The notes under the pieces were generated by a model. The model made no database searches. It had not been told where the DNA came from and saw nothing but the letters and a program-made list of their open reading frames with translations. Positions 19,619 through 28,696 of a stretch of 64,000 bases of DNA are shown here, piece by piece. Source of the stretch: Planctomycetota bacterium (lineage in GTDB: Bacteria > Planctomycetota > E44-bin39); NCBI GenBank assembly GCA_004376375.1, contig SOJX01000087.1, positions 81,238 through 145,237 of the forward strand, in the 5' to 3' direction. Position numbers and translations under genes: made by a program. Numbering within the stretch: position 1 is the first letter of the stretch; the number at the start of each line of letters is the position of its first letter.

Positions 19619-22600
19619 CTAATCGACTTTCACTTTAAAAACAACCTCTCCCGAATCCGTATCCGGGAAAGGACCATCGCATATGCCTTCAAACTCGGCT
19701 CCCGAATCCATCCCAACCGGGTCGGAAAACGTCCATCTGATTTTTTGTACCGATTCAGCATTGACGTTATCCCAGCTATCGTCCTGCCACGCCGCCCCAT
19801 CCCAATATGAGACGGTAACGCCGCCCGCATGCAGGCTGTTCGCGCTTTCCGCACTGTCGGCGAGGTAGGTGGTATGCTCAGGTACAGGCGCTTCGATAAC
19901 GAAGGTGCCGATATCTTCGGGGCTGTCGTTGTCATACCTGAACATGTAGGTCAGGTCTTCATAGGGTTTTGCCAAAATCTTGTCCACCGAAAAATCGACG
20001 AAGATTCCGTTTGGAGAAACAGTGATGGATTCGATTCCGCTCCACCCGCTCGAATCGAGATTGCGAAACGCTTTTACGCGGTAGTAGCATGTACCTCCCG
20101 ACGCGCGGCCGCTTATATCATAGAATTTATCGGTAATTGAACCTGAAAGGGAAATCCAGTCGTAAATTGAAAGACCCGTTACTTCGATGTCATCAACGTA
20201 AAAACCCTCTTCCAGTATGCTTCCGTCCGTATCATATCTGAACCGCAGTTGTATGAGTTTTCCCGCATATGGAGAAAGGTCGATTGTTTCCCTGGTCCAT
20301 GTCGTGCCGTCACCGGAATAGATTTTCAGTTTCTTCCAGGTGCTGCCGCCGTTCGTTGAAATTTCACAATATGCGTAATCGTAGTTGACTTCGATGTCAA
20401 ACCATGTCCAGAAACTCAGTTCGGTCGTGCCTCCCACCGTGATCGGGCTGCCATAGGTCATTGAATGACTGATATTGTTGCCGGTACCGCCGAAGAAACT
20501 GTTGGCGTTGCTGTAGTACCGGGCCGATGAAACCTGAAAATTATCGACAATCCATTGCCCGATTCCCGATTCCGCATCGTCCTGGATCAGGTTGCTGAAG
20601 CTGCTTGATTCCTGAAGTTCATACCGGTCAGGGACATTACTGCTGGTCCAGTTAACCCTGTAGTTTCCGTTGTATTCGGGCAGGGGAAAAGCCTGGATGA
20701 CCGGTGTGTCAAGTACTACATCAATAGTTAATTCCCGGGTGTGCGTATCGTAAAGGCTATCTTCAACCTGAACGGTAAACGTCCAGCTTCCGGTGGCGTC
20801 GGGGCTGCCCGTTATCGAGCCGTTGCCATACAGGGTAAGGCTGGCCGGAAGGCTGCCCGATATGATGCTCCACGTATAGGGGGGTGTCCCCCCGGTGGCC
20901 GCGAGCATGGCGGAATAGGGTTTGTCCACTTCTCCGCCCGGGAGAGCGACAGTGGATACGTACAGCAAAGCGTTGGCCACAACGTCAATGTCCGCCTCAA
21001 AGGGAGTGAAGTTATGTTTTGTTACCGTAAGCTTGAGTATCCCTTCGGTCGCCGGATTGATAATGGCCTCGAATACGCCTGATGCATCGGCGTCTCCGAA
21101 TACATATACTTCGTCGGTATCGTCCACCGTTTTCCACAGGCAGACGTGAGCGTTCGGTTCGGCCTTGACGTATATGGTCTGGTTACCTGTCGGAATCTCG
21201 GGCGGATAGATAACGGTCATCGTCTGCGGGTTGTCCGTCCATATCGGAAGCTCCGGATCGCCCATGAGGTTTATATAAAACTGTAGCCACCTGTGCGAGT
21301 TGTATTGCCCGCACAGATCGGCGAGTTGCCATTTGTGCTCGGCAAATGCTTCCCCGAGGTGATAAAGGTCTTCTCCGAGGAGTTTTTCGTAAAATACTCT
21401 GTTGTAGTCGAATGACGATCCGCCAAGACTGGAACTCGGAACGCCCCATCCGTACCGACTGCTGCCGATGAATCCAACGGCACCGCCGTTGGGATTGCGG
21501 GTAAATCCCTCGCTGAGGCAGTTCATATTGTCGTCCCCGAAAGTCCAGCTGTCGAACCCGTTGGTGACGCATGCAATTGTATAGACCAGGCCGCATTGCC
21601 CGTCGTTCGTCTGCACGGAAGCATTATCCGTGTGGTAATTCCCACCCGTTTCCATGGACCAGATGGGGACGTTTCCGTGGGTCGCCATGTTCAGAAAGGC
21701 GTAACCGAGGTTGATCTCGCTGGAAAGCCTGGTTGCCGTCAGGTTTACCCCTGGAGTCGTATCGAAAAGCTCCGTCTTGACCGGCGTCCAGAATGGAGCA
21801 ATGCAATCGTCGTACATGCGCATCGTCCAGATTTCCGCGTCGCTGTCGCCGCCGGACCTACCCCATAATTCAGCTCCGGTCAGCAGGATTTCCCTGCAGA
21901 ATCCACTTGCAGGCGCATTCTTCTCGTAATCGAGAACCTTTTCGACGTACGCCTGGACGTGAGCAGTACTTTTACAACTGTATCTGCCGACGAAGACGTC
22001 CGGTTCCATATCGATGGAATCACCGGTAGTATCCGCTACGTACGAATCGTTGTCATCGTTCCAGTAAATATCGTCAAGCCCTGAGTAGTACAGGTCGGTG
22101 GGTGCGTGGTCTATCTCATAGTTGTTGTCCCCAAGATAAACCTCCCCGTAGCAGTATCTCGGGGGAATTGTGTCGATGTCACCTCCGAGGAGCACGTAAA
22201 CGGTTCCGTTGTTGGTGACATAGTCGATTATGCATTTCTTGATTTTTTCCTGAGTGTCCTCACCGGTGTAATCGGCTGCAATAGACTCGGTAGTTACTAT
22301 TTTCGACGGTACGCCTTTCTTTTTTTTCCAGTCCGCGAGTACCTGGAATTCGCCCTTGAAAGCATCGCAGCAGACAATTAGATAGTCTATTTGTCCGCCG
22401 GGACCAAACGGTTCGGGTGAACCTTCAGCAGGTTTTGGATCTCCCGGGCCGCCTGTATCACCGGGGTCAGGGCCACCGAGGTCTTCAGGATTGCTTACGG
22501 CTCGAGATAGGAGTTTTCTGAATAGTCCGCTTTTTTTCCGGGGCTTCAGAATAGATTTCTTTGGCTTTGCGGTTGTATACTTGATATCAAGCGTGATGCT

Positions 22601-23140
22601 GTCGTATAAAACCAGTTCACCTGTTTTAGGCTGGAATTGTACCGGATTAACCCGGAAGAAGAATATTTTATACCCCCGGATTATTCCTGTTCGGAGAAAC
22701 TTTACGACCTGCACAGGATAGGTATTTTCTCCATTATAGATATCCTGGCTGGCGCTCGCAGGTGGAGCCGTCTGTCCGGGCCGGCAGACCGGTTTTACGA
22801 AATCCGGATTATAAGTTCCCGGCAACTTCTGCTTGTTGAAATTGCTTATTGTAACGTTATTGAACTTCGCATTGATCGGTACTGCAACGCGGACAAAACA
22901 CGCAGGCAACTCAGGTGAACCCGGTTTATCGGCAGGATATCCGCATCGCGGCATTTTGAGGGTAACAACGTCCCGGCCATTCCTTTTTGTGACCTTAACA
23001 GCGTTGCGGTCGAATGTCAGATAGATCTTTTTGCTTTTTCCGGCAGGATCCCCGAAAGAATCCGGGGAACATATAATCAATGCAAAACCAACGATTGTTG
23101 CCGTAAGGATTACCAGAGTTGTGCGAATGTGTTTATTCAT
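19619..23140 (-). CDS. large secreted peptidase C25 (gingipain)-like protein with Ig-like, Fn3-like and DUF11-like C-terminal domains
   Basis: Signal/TM N-terminus. 'LNMATHGNVPIW...CGLVYTIACVTNGFD' resembles the gingipain His/Cys catalytic blocks. 'TGGTPPYTWSI' is a putative Ig domain. 1173 aa. Confidence 0.55.
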   Translation of the reverse strand: MNKHIRTTLVILTATIVGFALIICSPDSFGDPAGKSKKIYLTFDRNAVKVTKRNGRDVVTLKMPRCGYPADKPGSPELPACFVRVAVPINAKFNNVTISNFNKQKLPGTYNPDFVKPVCRPGQTAPPASASQDIYNGENTYPVQVVKFLRTGIIRGYKIFFFRVNPVQFQPKTGELVLYDSITLDIKYTTAKPKKSILKPRKKSGLFRKLLSRAVSNPEDLGGPDPGDTGGPGDPKPAEGSPEPFGPGGQIDYLIVCCDAFKGEFQVLADWKKKKGVPSKIVTTESIAADYTGEDTQEKIKKCIIDYVTNNGTVYVLLGGDIDTIPPRYCYGEVYLGDNNYEIDHAPTDLYYSGLDDIYWNDDNDSYVADTTGDSIDMEPDVFVGRYSCKSTAHVQAYVEKVLDYEKNAPASGFCREILLTGAELWGRSGGDSDAEIWTMRMYDDCIAPFWTPVKTELFDTTPGVNLTATRLSSEINLGYAFLNMATHGNVPIWSMETGGNYHTDNASVQTNDGQCGLVYTIACVTNGFDSWTFGDDNMNCLSEGFTRNPNGGAVGFIGSSRYGWGVPSSSLGGSSFDYNRVFYEKLLGEDLYHLGEAFAEHKWQLADLCGQYNSHRWLQFYINLMGDPELPIWTDNPQTMTVIYPPEIPTGNQTIYVKAEPNAHVCLWKTVDDTDEVYVFGDADASGVFEAIINPATEGILKLTVTKHNFTPFEADIDVVANALLYVSTVALPGGEVDKPYSAMLAATGGTPPYTWSIISGSLPASLTLYGNGSITGSPDATGSWTFTVQVEDSLYDTHTRELTIDVVLDTPVIQAFPLPEYNGNYRVNWTSSNVPDRYELQESSSFSNLIQDDAESGIGQWIVDNFQVSSARYYSNANSFFGGTGNNISHSMTYGSPITVGGTTELSFWTWFDIEVNYDYAYCEISTNGGSTWKKLKIYSGDGTTWTRETIDLSPYAGKLIQLRFRYDTDGSILEEGFYVDDIEVTGLSIYDWISLSGSITDKFYDISGRASGGTCYYRVKAFRNLDSSGWSGIESITVSPNGIFVDFSVDKILAKPYEDLTYMFRYDNDSPEDIGTFVIEAPVPEHTTYLADSAESANSLHAGGVTVSYWDGAAWQDDSWDNVNAESVQKIRWTFSDPVGMDSGAEFEGICDGPFPDTDSGEVVFKVKVD

Positions 23141-23386
23141 ACTCGCGGCTATAATCCGTTGCAGCCTCTAGGATGCTTAACATGCGCGCCGTTTACTATA
23201 TACATCATCACAGGAACATATCGAAAATATGGTTAATATTATACCTCGGATACTTCCTTTTTTCCATCAGGTTCTTGTTAATTTTGGAATATCGGATTAT
23301 TGCATCCCCAAAGCCTCGATGAAAGCCGGCTAACAAATTTCGGTGACCCCTCGGCACACTTCTTACTATGCTGGAAAGGCCGGGAC

Positions 23387-23590
23387 TCAAGCACCTTTCG
23401 CAAGCCGGTTTCTGAGATATTCTGCTGCTTCTGCGTATCCGGCCTGCCTCAGTTCTTCACACAACGAAGGCCAGTTCTGTGCCAGCCTCCTTGATATTGT
23501 GTGAAACTCGACCCGGCACCTCTCACAACAGAACTTGTGATCCGGTCGTATAGGTGTGAAATCAGTCCCGCAACGCTTGCATTGCTTCAT
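23387..23590 (-). CDS. small zinc-ribbon protein, hypothetical
   Basis: 'CKRCGTDF...CCERCRVEF' double CxxC. Confidence 0.3.
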   Translation of the reverse strand: MKQCKRCGTDFTPIRPDHKFCCERCRVEFHTISRRLAQNWPSLCEELRQAGYAEAAEYLRNRLAKGA

Positions 23591-23914
23591 TGAAAAACTC
23601 CTTTCTCGCTCCATACACGCATCCGAATAAGCGGTCTAATACTTTGCTATCAAACGCCTCCAGAAATGCGCGTACGCAGCGCAACCCCCCACCCACGTCC
23701 AAGGAAAATCGATTCTGAGGGTAGGCTGTCGTTTTACATACACCTCGAAATGGGGTGGGAGAACTCACGAAATGATCCATAATGGTGCGATAAATATTTA
23801 TGCACTTGACATTACCTCTATGAATTCAGTAAGATATGATGGAATTTCGGCCGAAAAGACGGAAATGTACTCACCGGAAAAAAGTTCTAACTCTGTCCAC
23901 TCGCCCCGACCAAA

Positions 23915-23945
23915 ATAAAAGGCCGCATGCGGCCTTTTTATTTTG
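23915..23945. terminator. rho-independent-type hairpin (GGCCGCATGCGGCC) flanked by A/T runs on both sides
   Basis: 'aaaataaaaGGCCGCATGCGGCCtttttatttt', a bidirectional terminator shape. Confidence 0.4.
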
Positions 23946-23947
23946 GT

Positions 23948-24030
23948 AGAGCAGGAGAACAGTAGAGAGGAGAAAGTAGAGCAAAGAAAAAGACATTAAA
24001 AGGAGAACGGTATCCGAATCGGCAATAAAC
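23948..24030 (+). repeat. approximately 82-bp direct repeat, copy 1 (upstream of the GH130/GT4 cluster)
   Basis: Near-identical to 31009..31090 ('agagcaggagaacagtagagaggagaaagtagagcaaagaaaaagacattaaaaggagaacggtatccgaatcggcaataa'). Confidence 0.65.
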
Positions 24031-24162
24031 CACATCCGGATTCATATTTTTTCCACGATCTTTCTGCCGCTTTCTGAAACCTTTTCAATACGGAAACTCC
24101 TTTGAATAGAAAGGCATTCATTGAATTATATCTTTGACCCGGTTCCCGAGTAGTGATATCTT

Positions 24163-25152
24163 GTGTCAAGTGTATACAGTATGCGAAAGGACGTCCAGGG
24201 ACAAGTGTCTGCAATGAAAAACAGCAATCGAGAGCTTTTTACGCGGCATCCGGGCAACCCGATTATTACGGCAAAGGACATTCCCTATCCCGCCAACACG
24301 ATCTTCAACGCGGCCGCCGCGAGACTTGAAGGCGAGACTCTGCTTCTTCTGCGTATTGAGGACAGGCGGGGCTTTTCCCACCTCACTGCCGCGAGGAGCG
24401 CAGGCGGCGTTACCGACTGGAACATCGACAAGAAGCCGACTCTTCTCGGCGACGGGAACAAATACCCCGAGGAGGCCTGGGGTATCGAGGATGCCCGCAT
24501 CACCTTCATCGAAGACCTCGGCAAATGGGCCGTCGCCTACACGGCTTACTCGGACCTCGCACCGCTGGTGTCGCTCGCGTTGACAGAGGACTTCAAAAAG
24601 TTCGAGCGCATGGGCCCCGTGCTCCCGCCGGAGAACAAAGACGCCGCGCTCTTTGGAGCGAAGTTTGATGGGCGCTACACCATGCTGCACCGGCCCGTTC
24701 CGGCGGGGCCCGGTGTGGGCGCGCACATCTGGATTTCGTTCTCGCCGGACCTCAGGCACTGGGGCGACCATCGTGTCCTGCTCCGGGCGCGCCAGGGCGG
24801 CTGGTGGGACGCGAACAAGATCGGCCTCTCGACGCCACCCTTGAAGACTGACGAGGGCTGGCTCCTGCTTTATCATGGTGTGCGCGAAACCGCGAGCGGC
24901 TGCATCTACCGGCTGGGCCTTGCTCTTCTCGATCTTGATGACCCGACCAGGGTCGTCTGCCGCTCGGACGAATGGGTCTTCGGGCCCGAGACGTTGTATG
25001 AGAGGGTCGGAGACGTGGGTAACGTCGTCTTCCCATGCGGGTGGACGCTGGAAGGCGACCAACTGCGCATCTACTACGGCGGAGCTGACAGCTGCCTGGC
25101 GCTTGCGACAGGGAGCCTCGCCGAGATCCTCGATTGGCTGAAAAATAAGTGA
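24163..25152 (+). CDS. GH130-family glycosidase / glycoside phosphorylase-like (DUF377 beta-propeller)
   Basis: 'HPGNPIITAKDIPYPANTIFNAAA...' and typical GH130 blocks. The true start may be 'MKNSN' at about 24214. Confidence 0.65.
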   Translation: MSSVYSMRKDVQGQVSAMKNSNRELFTRHPGNPIITAKDIPYPANTIFNAAAARLEGETLLLLRIEDRRGFSHLTAARSAGGVTDWNIDKKPTLLGDGNKYPEEAWGIEDARITFIEDLGKWAVAYTAYSDLAPLVSLALTEDFKKFERMGPVLPPENKDAALFGAKFDGRYTMLHRPVPAGPGVGAHIWISFSPDLRHWGDHRVLLRARQGGWWDANKIGLSTPPLKTDEGWLLLYHGVRETASGCIYRLGLALLDLDDPTRVVCRSDEWVFGPETLYERVGDVGNVVFPCGWTLEGDQLRIYYGGADSCLALATGSLAEILDWLKNK

Positions 25153-25209
25153 ATCAGTAAATCAGTAATAACTGAATAACTGGATAACTGAATAACTGGA
25201 TAACTGAAT

Positions 25210-26238
25210 ATGCGAGTTGCTATGCTTTCACCCGTTGCATGGAGGACGCCGCCGCGCCACTACGGCCCGTGGGAGCGCTTCGTTTCGCTCTTAACGGAGG
25301 CCCTCGTGGAAAAGGGCGTGGACGTGACCTTGTTTGCAACCGCCGACTCGAAAACCCGTGCCAGGCTCCACGCCGTCTGCGAGCGGGGCTACGAGGAAGA
25401 CAAGTCCATCGACCCCAAGGTGTGGGAGTGCCTTCACATCTCGGAGGTTTTCGAGCGCGCAGGCGACTTCGACCTGATTCACAACAGCTTCGACTTCCTG
25501 CCGCTCACCTACTCCGGCCTCGTAAGCATTCCGGTACTGACGACGATCCACGGTTTCTCGTCGCCGAAGATTCTGCCCGTGTACAGGAAGTACAACGGCA
25601 AGGTCTTTTATGTCTCAATCAGCGACGCTGACCGTTCGCATGAGCTGGATTACATTGCCACCATCCACCACGGCATCGACCTTGAAAACTTCACTTTTCG
25701 GCCGGAGGGCGGTGACTACCTGCTTTTCTTCGGACGTATCCACAACGACAAAGGCGCCCGTGAGGCGATAGAAATCGCAAAGCGCGCCGGCCGAAAGCTC
25801 GTCATTGCCGGTGTGATTCAGGACCAGGAGTATTTCGAGCAATGGATAAAACCACACATCGACGGCGAGCGGATTTCCTACGTCGGCAGCGCAGGCCCCG
25901 AGCTGCGCGACGAGCTGCTGGGCGATGCGTATGCGTTGCTGCATCCAATCAATTTCGATGAGCCTTTCGGGTTCTCGGTCGTGGAATCGATGGCCTGCGG
26001 CACGCCGGTAATTGCCATGAACCGCGGCAGCATGCCGGAGCTGATTGAAAACGGCGTAAATGGCCTCCTCGTTTCCAGCGTGGAAGAGGCCGTGGACGCC
26101 GTAGAGAAAGTGGAAAAGATCGACCGCGCCCACTGCCGCAAGGTGGTGGAGGAGCGCTTTACCGCCGAAAACATGGCAGACCAATATATCAAGGTCTACG
26201 AACGTGTAATCAAGGAAGCCGGGGCTTCCCATGAATGA
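25210..26238 (+). CDS. glycosyltransferase family 4 (GT4)
   Basis: 'LLFFGRIHNDKG...EPFGFSVVESMACGTPVIA' GT4 E-x7-E region. Confidence 0.7.
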   Translation: MRVAMLSPVAWRTPPRHYGPWERFVSLLTEALVEKGVDVTLFATADSKTRARLHAVCERGYEEDKSIDPKVWECLHISEVFERAGDFDLIHNSFDFLPLTYSGLVSIPVLTTIHGFSSPKILPVYRKYNGKVFYVSISDADRSHELDYIATIHHGIDLENFTFRPEGGDYLLFFGRIHNDKGAREAIEIAKRAGRKLVIAGVIQDQEYFEQWIKPHIDGERISYVGSAGPELRDELLGDAYALLHPINFDEPFGFSVVESMACGTPVIAMNRGSMPELIENGVNGLLVSSVEEAVDAVEKVEKIDRAHCRKVVEERFTAENMADQYIKVYERVIKEAGASHE

Positions 26239-27166
26239 GCCGGTCGTCAAACGCTACGAGAAAAACCCGATACTCACGAAGCGCGACGTTCCCTACCCGG
26301 TGGAGACCGTGCACAACGCCGGCGTGGTCAAGCACGAGGGGCGGTACATAATGCTCTTTCGCTCGCACTTGCGAAACGGCCGCTCGATTATCGGCATGGC
26401 GGAAAGCGACGACGGCTTTTCCTTCAAGGTCCGCCCTGAGCCGTTCCTCGTGCCCTTCGGCGAGGGCGACTTCGCCCTGTACGAGGAGTACGGGGTGGAA
26501 GACGTCCGCATCTGCCCGCTCGAGGGCGAGTATCTACTCACCTTCAGCGCGTACTCCCGGCACGGCGTGCGGGTGGCGCTTGCAAAAACAAAAGACTTCG
26601 AGTCCGTCGAGCGAATCGCGCTCATCACACAGGCGGACCTGAGAAACGTCGCTATCTTCCCCGGGAAATTTGATGGCCGCTACGCCCGGCTCGACAGACC
26701 GCATTCGGAGATATCCCCGTGGTCGATCTGGATTACCTACTCGCCGGACCTCGTCCACTGGGGCGATTCGAAAGTGGTAATGAAGCCCGTGCAATACCAC
26801 TGGGACGAGATGAAAATCGGCCCCGGCGCAACCCCGATAAAAACCGACCGCGGATGGCTGCACATCTACCACGGAGTCTTTTCCACCATGAGCGGGTCGG
26901 TCTATCGCCTCGGAGTGGCGCTTCACGACCTTGAAGACCCGTCAAAGGTGCTCGGCGTCTCGGATGAATGGATACTTCAGCCCGAGGACCCGTGGGAGAT
27001 CACGGGTTACGTGCCCAACGTGGTTTTCTGCTGCGGCGCGGTGCCGGAGAACGACGGGACGCTGAAAATATACTGGGGAGGAGCGGACACGGTCATGTGC
27101 GTTGGCACGGCGCAAATCGACGACCTTATCAAGATGTGTCTTGACCGGCCGCGGCAACCCATGTAA
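26231..27166 (+). CDS. GH130-family glycosidase / glycoside phosphorylase-like, paralog
   Basis: 'YEKNPILTKRDVPYPVETVHNAGVV'. Paralogous to 24163..25152. 8-nt overlap with the upstream GT4. Confidence 0.65.
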   Translation: MNEPVVKRYEKNPILTKRDVPYPVETVHNAGVVKHEGRYIMLFRSHLRNGRSIIGMAESDDGFSFKVRPEPFLVPFGEGDFALYEEYGVEDVRICPLEGEYLLTFSAYSRHGVRVALAKTKDFESVERIALITQADLRNVAIFPGKFDGRYARLDRPHSEISPWSIWITYSPDLVHWGDSKVVMKPVQYHWDEMKIGPGATPIKTDRGWLHIYHGVFSTMSGSVYRLGVALHDLEDPSKVLGVSDEWILQPEDPWEITGYVPNVVFCCGAVPENDGTLKIYWGGADTVMCVGTAQIDDLIKMCLDRPRQPM

Positions 27167-27358
27167 TATAAAGAAGTTTCGAGTACCGAGTGCCGAGTTT
27201 CGAGTAAAGAAAATAAAAAGAAGTTTCGAGGTTCGAGTAAAGAAATGATTAGGGGATTTTTCACTCGATACTCGGTACTTCTTATTGAGATTGCTTCGCT
27301 TTGCTCGCAATGACAAAAATAGCGTTGCCGTGCTGGTACACCTGGGAGAACTGATGAC

Positions 27359-28576
27359 ATGCGCCCAATTGTGATGATTTCAAGCTGGCCGCCGCGCCTT
27401 TGCGGCATCGCAACGTTCGCCGAGGAGGCACTGGAGTTTATCTGCAAGGCTGATCCCGCGCGCCCGGCCTATGTCATTTCTCACACCGACGGCGAGGGCG
27501 AGTTCGTCAAGCCTGTCATCGACATGAGCCGCGAGGACTGGTACGTCCCGGTCGTCGAAACAGTTAAAGAACTCGACCCCGAGGTCATCCACATCGAGCA
27601 CGAGTACGGCCTTTACAACTACATAAACGACAAGGGCGAAGGCGACGGGAACCGCGGGTTCCTCAAGATGCTCGACCTGCTCAGCGGCTACCCGACAGTT
27701 GTCGAGCCGCATACCATCCACGGCAGGATGAGGGACCAGGAAGAGATTTTCGTCAAGGAACTCGCCGAGAAGTGCTCCGTCCTCCTTTTCAAGTGCCACT
27801 ACCAGAAGTGGCGTCTGCGCTGGAGTTTCGAGGGCCGGGACTGGAAGGTTCCGGAAAACATCATGATTATCCCTCACGGCGCGCGGCCGGACTTCCGCTG
27901 GGCAATTAGCGAAGTCGACAATCTCAAGCGCGAACTCGGGCTCGGTGAGTACGCCGGGAAGCACATCATCGGCCTCGTCGGATGGATACAGTCGAACAAG
28001 CGCTGGGATATCCTCACGAGCATGTGGGAGGACATCTACCACGAGATACGGGAGGAGACGGGGGAGGAATGGTTCCTGTTCGCCGCCGGCTCGATGCGCG
28101 ACCCGAACCACAAGTCAGACTATGAGAAGTACGTAAGCGAGATCAAGCTCCTTGAGTCCGAGGGCATGGCCAGGTACTTCGAGTTCGTGCCCCGCGGAGA
28201 GCTTTACTACAAAGCAATGGCCGTCTGCGACTTCATCGTCCTGCCGAGCCTGGACGAGACCCAGTCCGGGACGCTTGCGAGGATTATCGCCCTCAATAAG
28301 CCGTACATCTCCACTGCTCCGATGGAGGGCCTTACCGCTCAAACCGTGGAGAGCGAAGGCGGGCTCCTCTTCACCCACAAAGCGGGGCTGAGGGAAAAGG
28401 TCATCAGGCTCGCAACTGACGAAGGGTTGCGCATGCGTTTGGGCGAAAACCTGAAAAAGTATCTTGATGAGACGGTCAGTTGGGAAGTGGTTGCAAGGCA
28501 ATACCTCGAGGCGTACCAACTGGCGAGCCGCGAGGTCCGTGAAGGCAAGCCGGTCTACATCCGCCCGGAGTTCTAA
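27359..28576 (+). CDS. glycosyltransferase (GT4-like, divergent)
   Basis: 'ISSWPPRLCGIATFAEE' N-terminus shared with the next gene ('LPRLCGIATFTTDL'). GT-B-like C-terminal half. Confidence 0.55.
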   Translation: MRPIVMISSWPPRLCGIATFAEEALEFICKADPARPAYVISHTDGEGEFVKPVIDMSREDWYVPVVETVKELDPEVIHIEHEYGLYNYINDKGEGDGNRGFLKMLDLLSGYPTVVEPHTIHGRMRDQEEIFVKELAEKCSVLLFKCHYQKWRLRWSFEGRDWKVPENIMIIPHGARPDFRWAISEVDNLKRELGLGEYAGKHIIGLVGWIQSNKRWDILTSMWEDIYHEIREETGEEWFLFAAGSMRDPNHKSDYEKYVSEIKLLESEGMARYFEFVPRGELYYKAMAVCDFIVLPSLDETQSGTLARIIALNKPYISTAPMEGLTAQTVESEGGLLFTHKAGLREKVIRLATDEGLRMRLGENLKKYLDETVSWEVVARQYLEAYQLASREVREGKPVYIRPEF

Positions 28577-28696
28577 CGCGTCGAGGGTCGAGCGTCAAGC
28601 GTCGAGCGTCAAAAATAAGTGATAAGAGATAAGAAAATTATTTATATCCTTATCACCTATTAACCTATCACTTATCACGATTTTTTTGGACGATTT

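Noticed and set aside
24166-25062. Long antisense ORFs inside GC-rich genes (also 25615..26250, 27380..28111, 29642..30133, 30368..31156, 35933..37144, 37556..38590, 39275..40126, 40761..41573, 43418..44206 and 51497..52420)
   Set aside because: Typical stop-codon-poor shadow frames of high-GC coding DNA. Arg/Pro/Ala-rich composition with no motifs. The opposite strand carries well-supported genes.
27205-27235. tRNA-like 'ggttcgagt' T-arm-like string
   Set aside because: Part of the GAGTNNN heptamer array. No acceptor or anticodon arms can be built.
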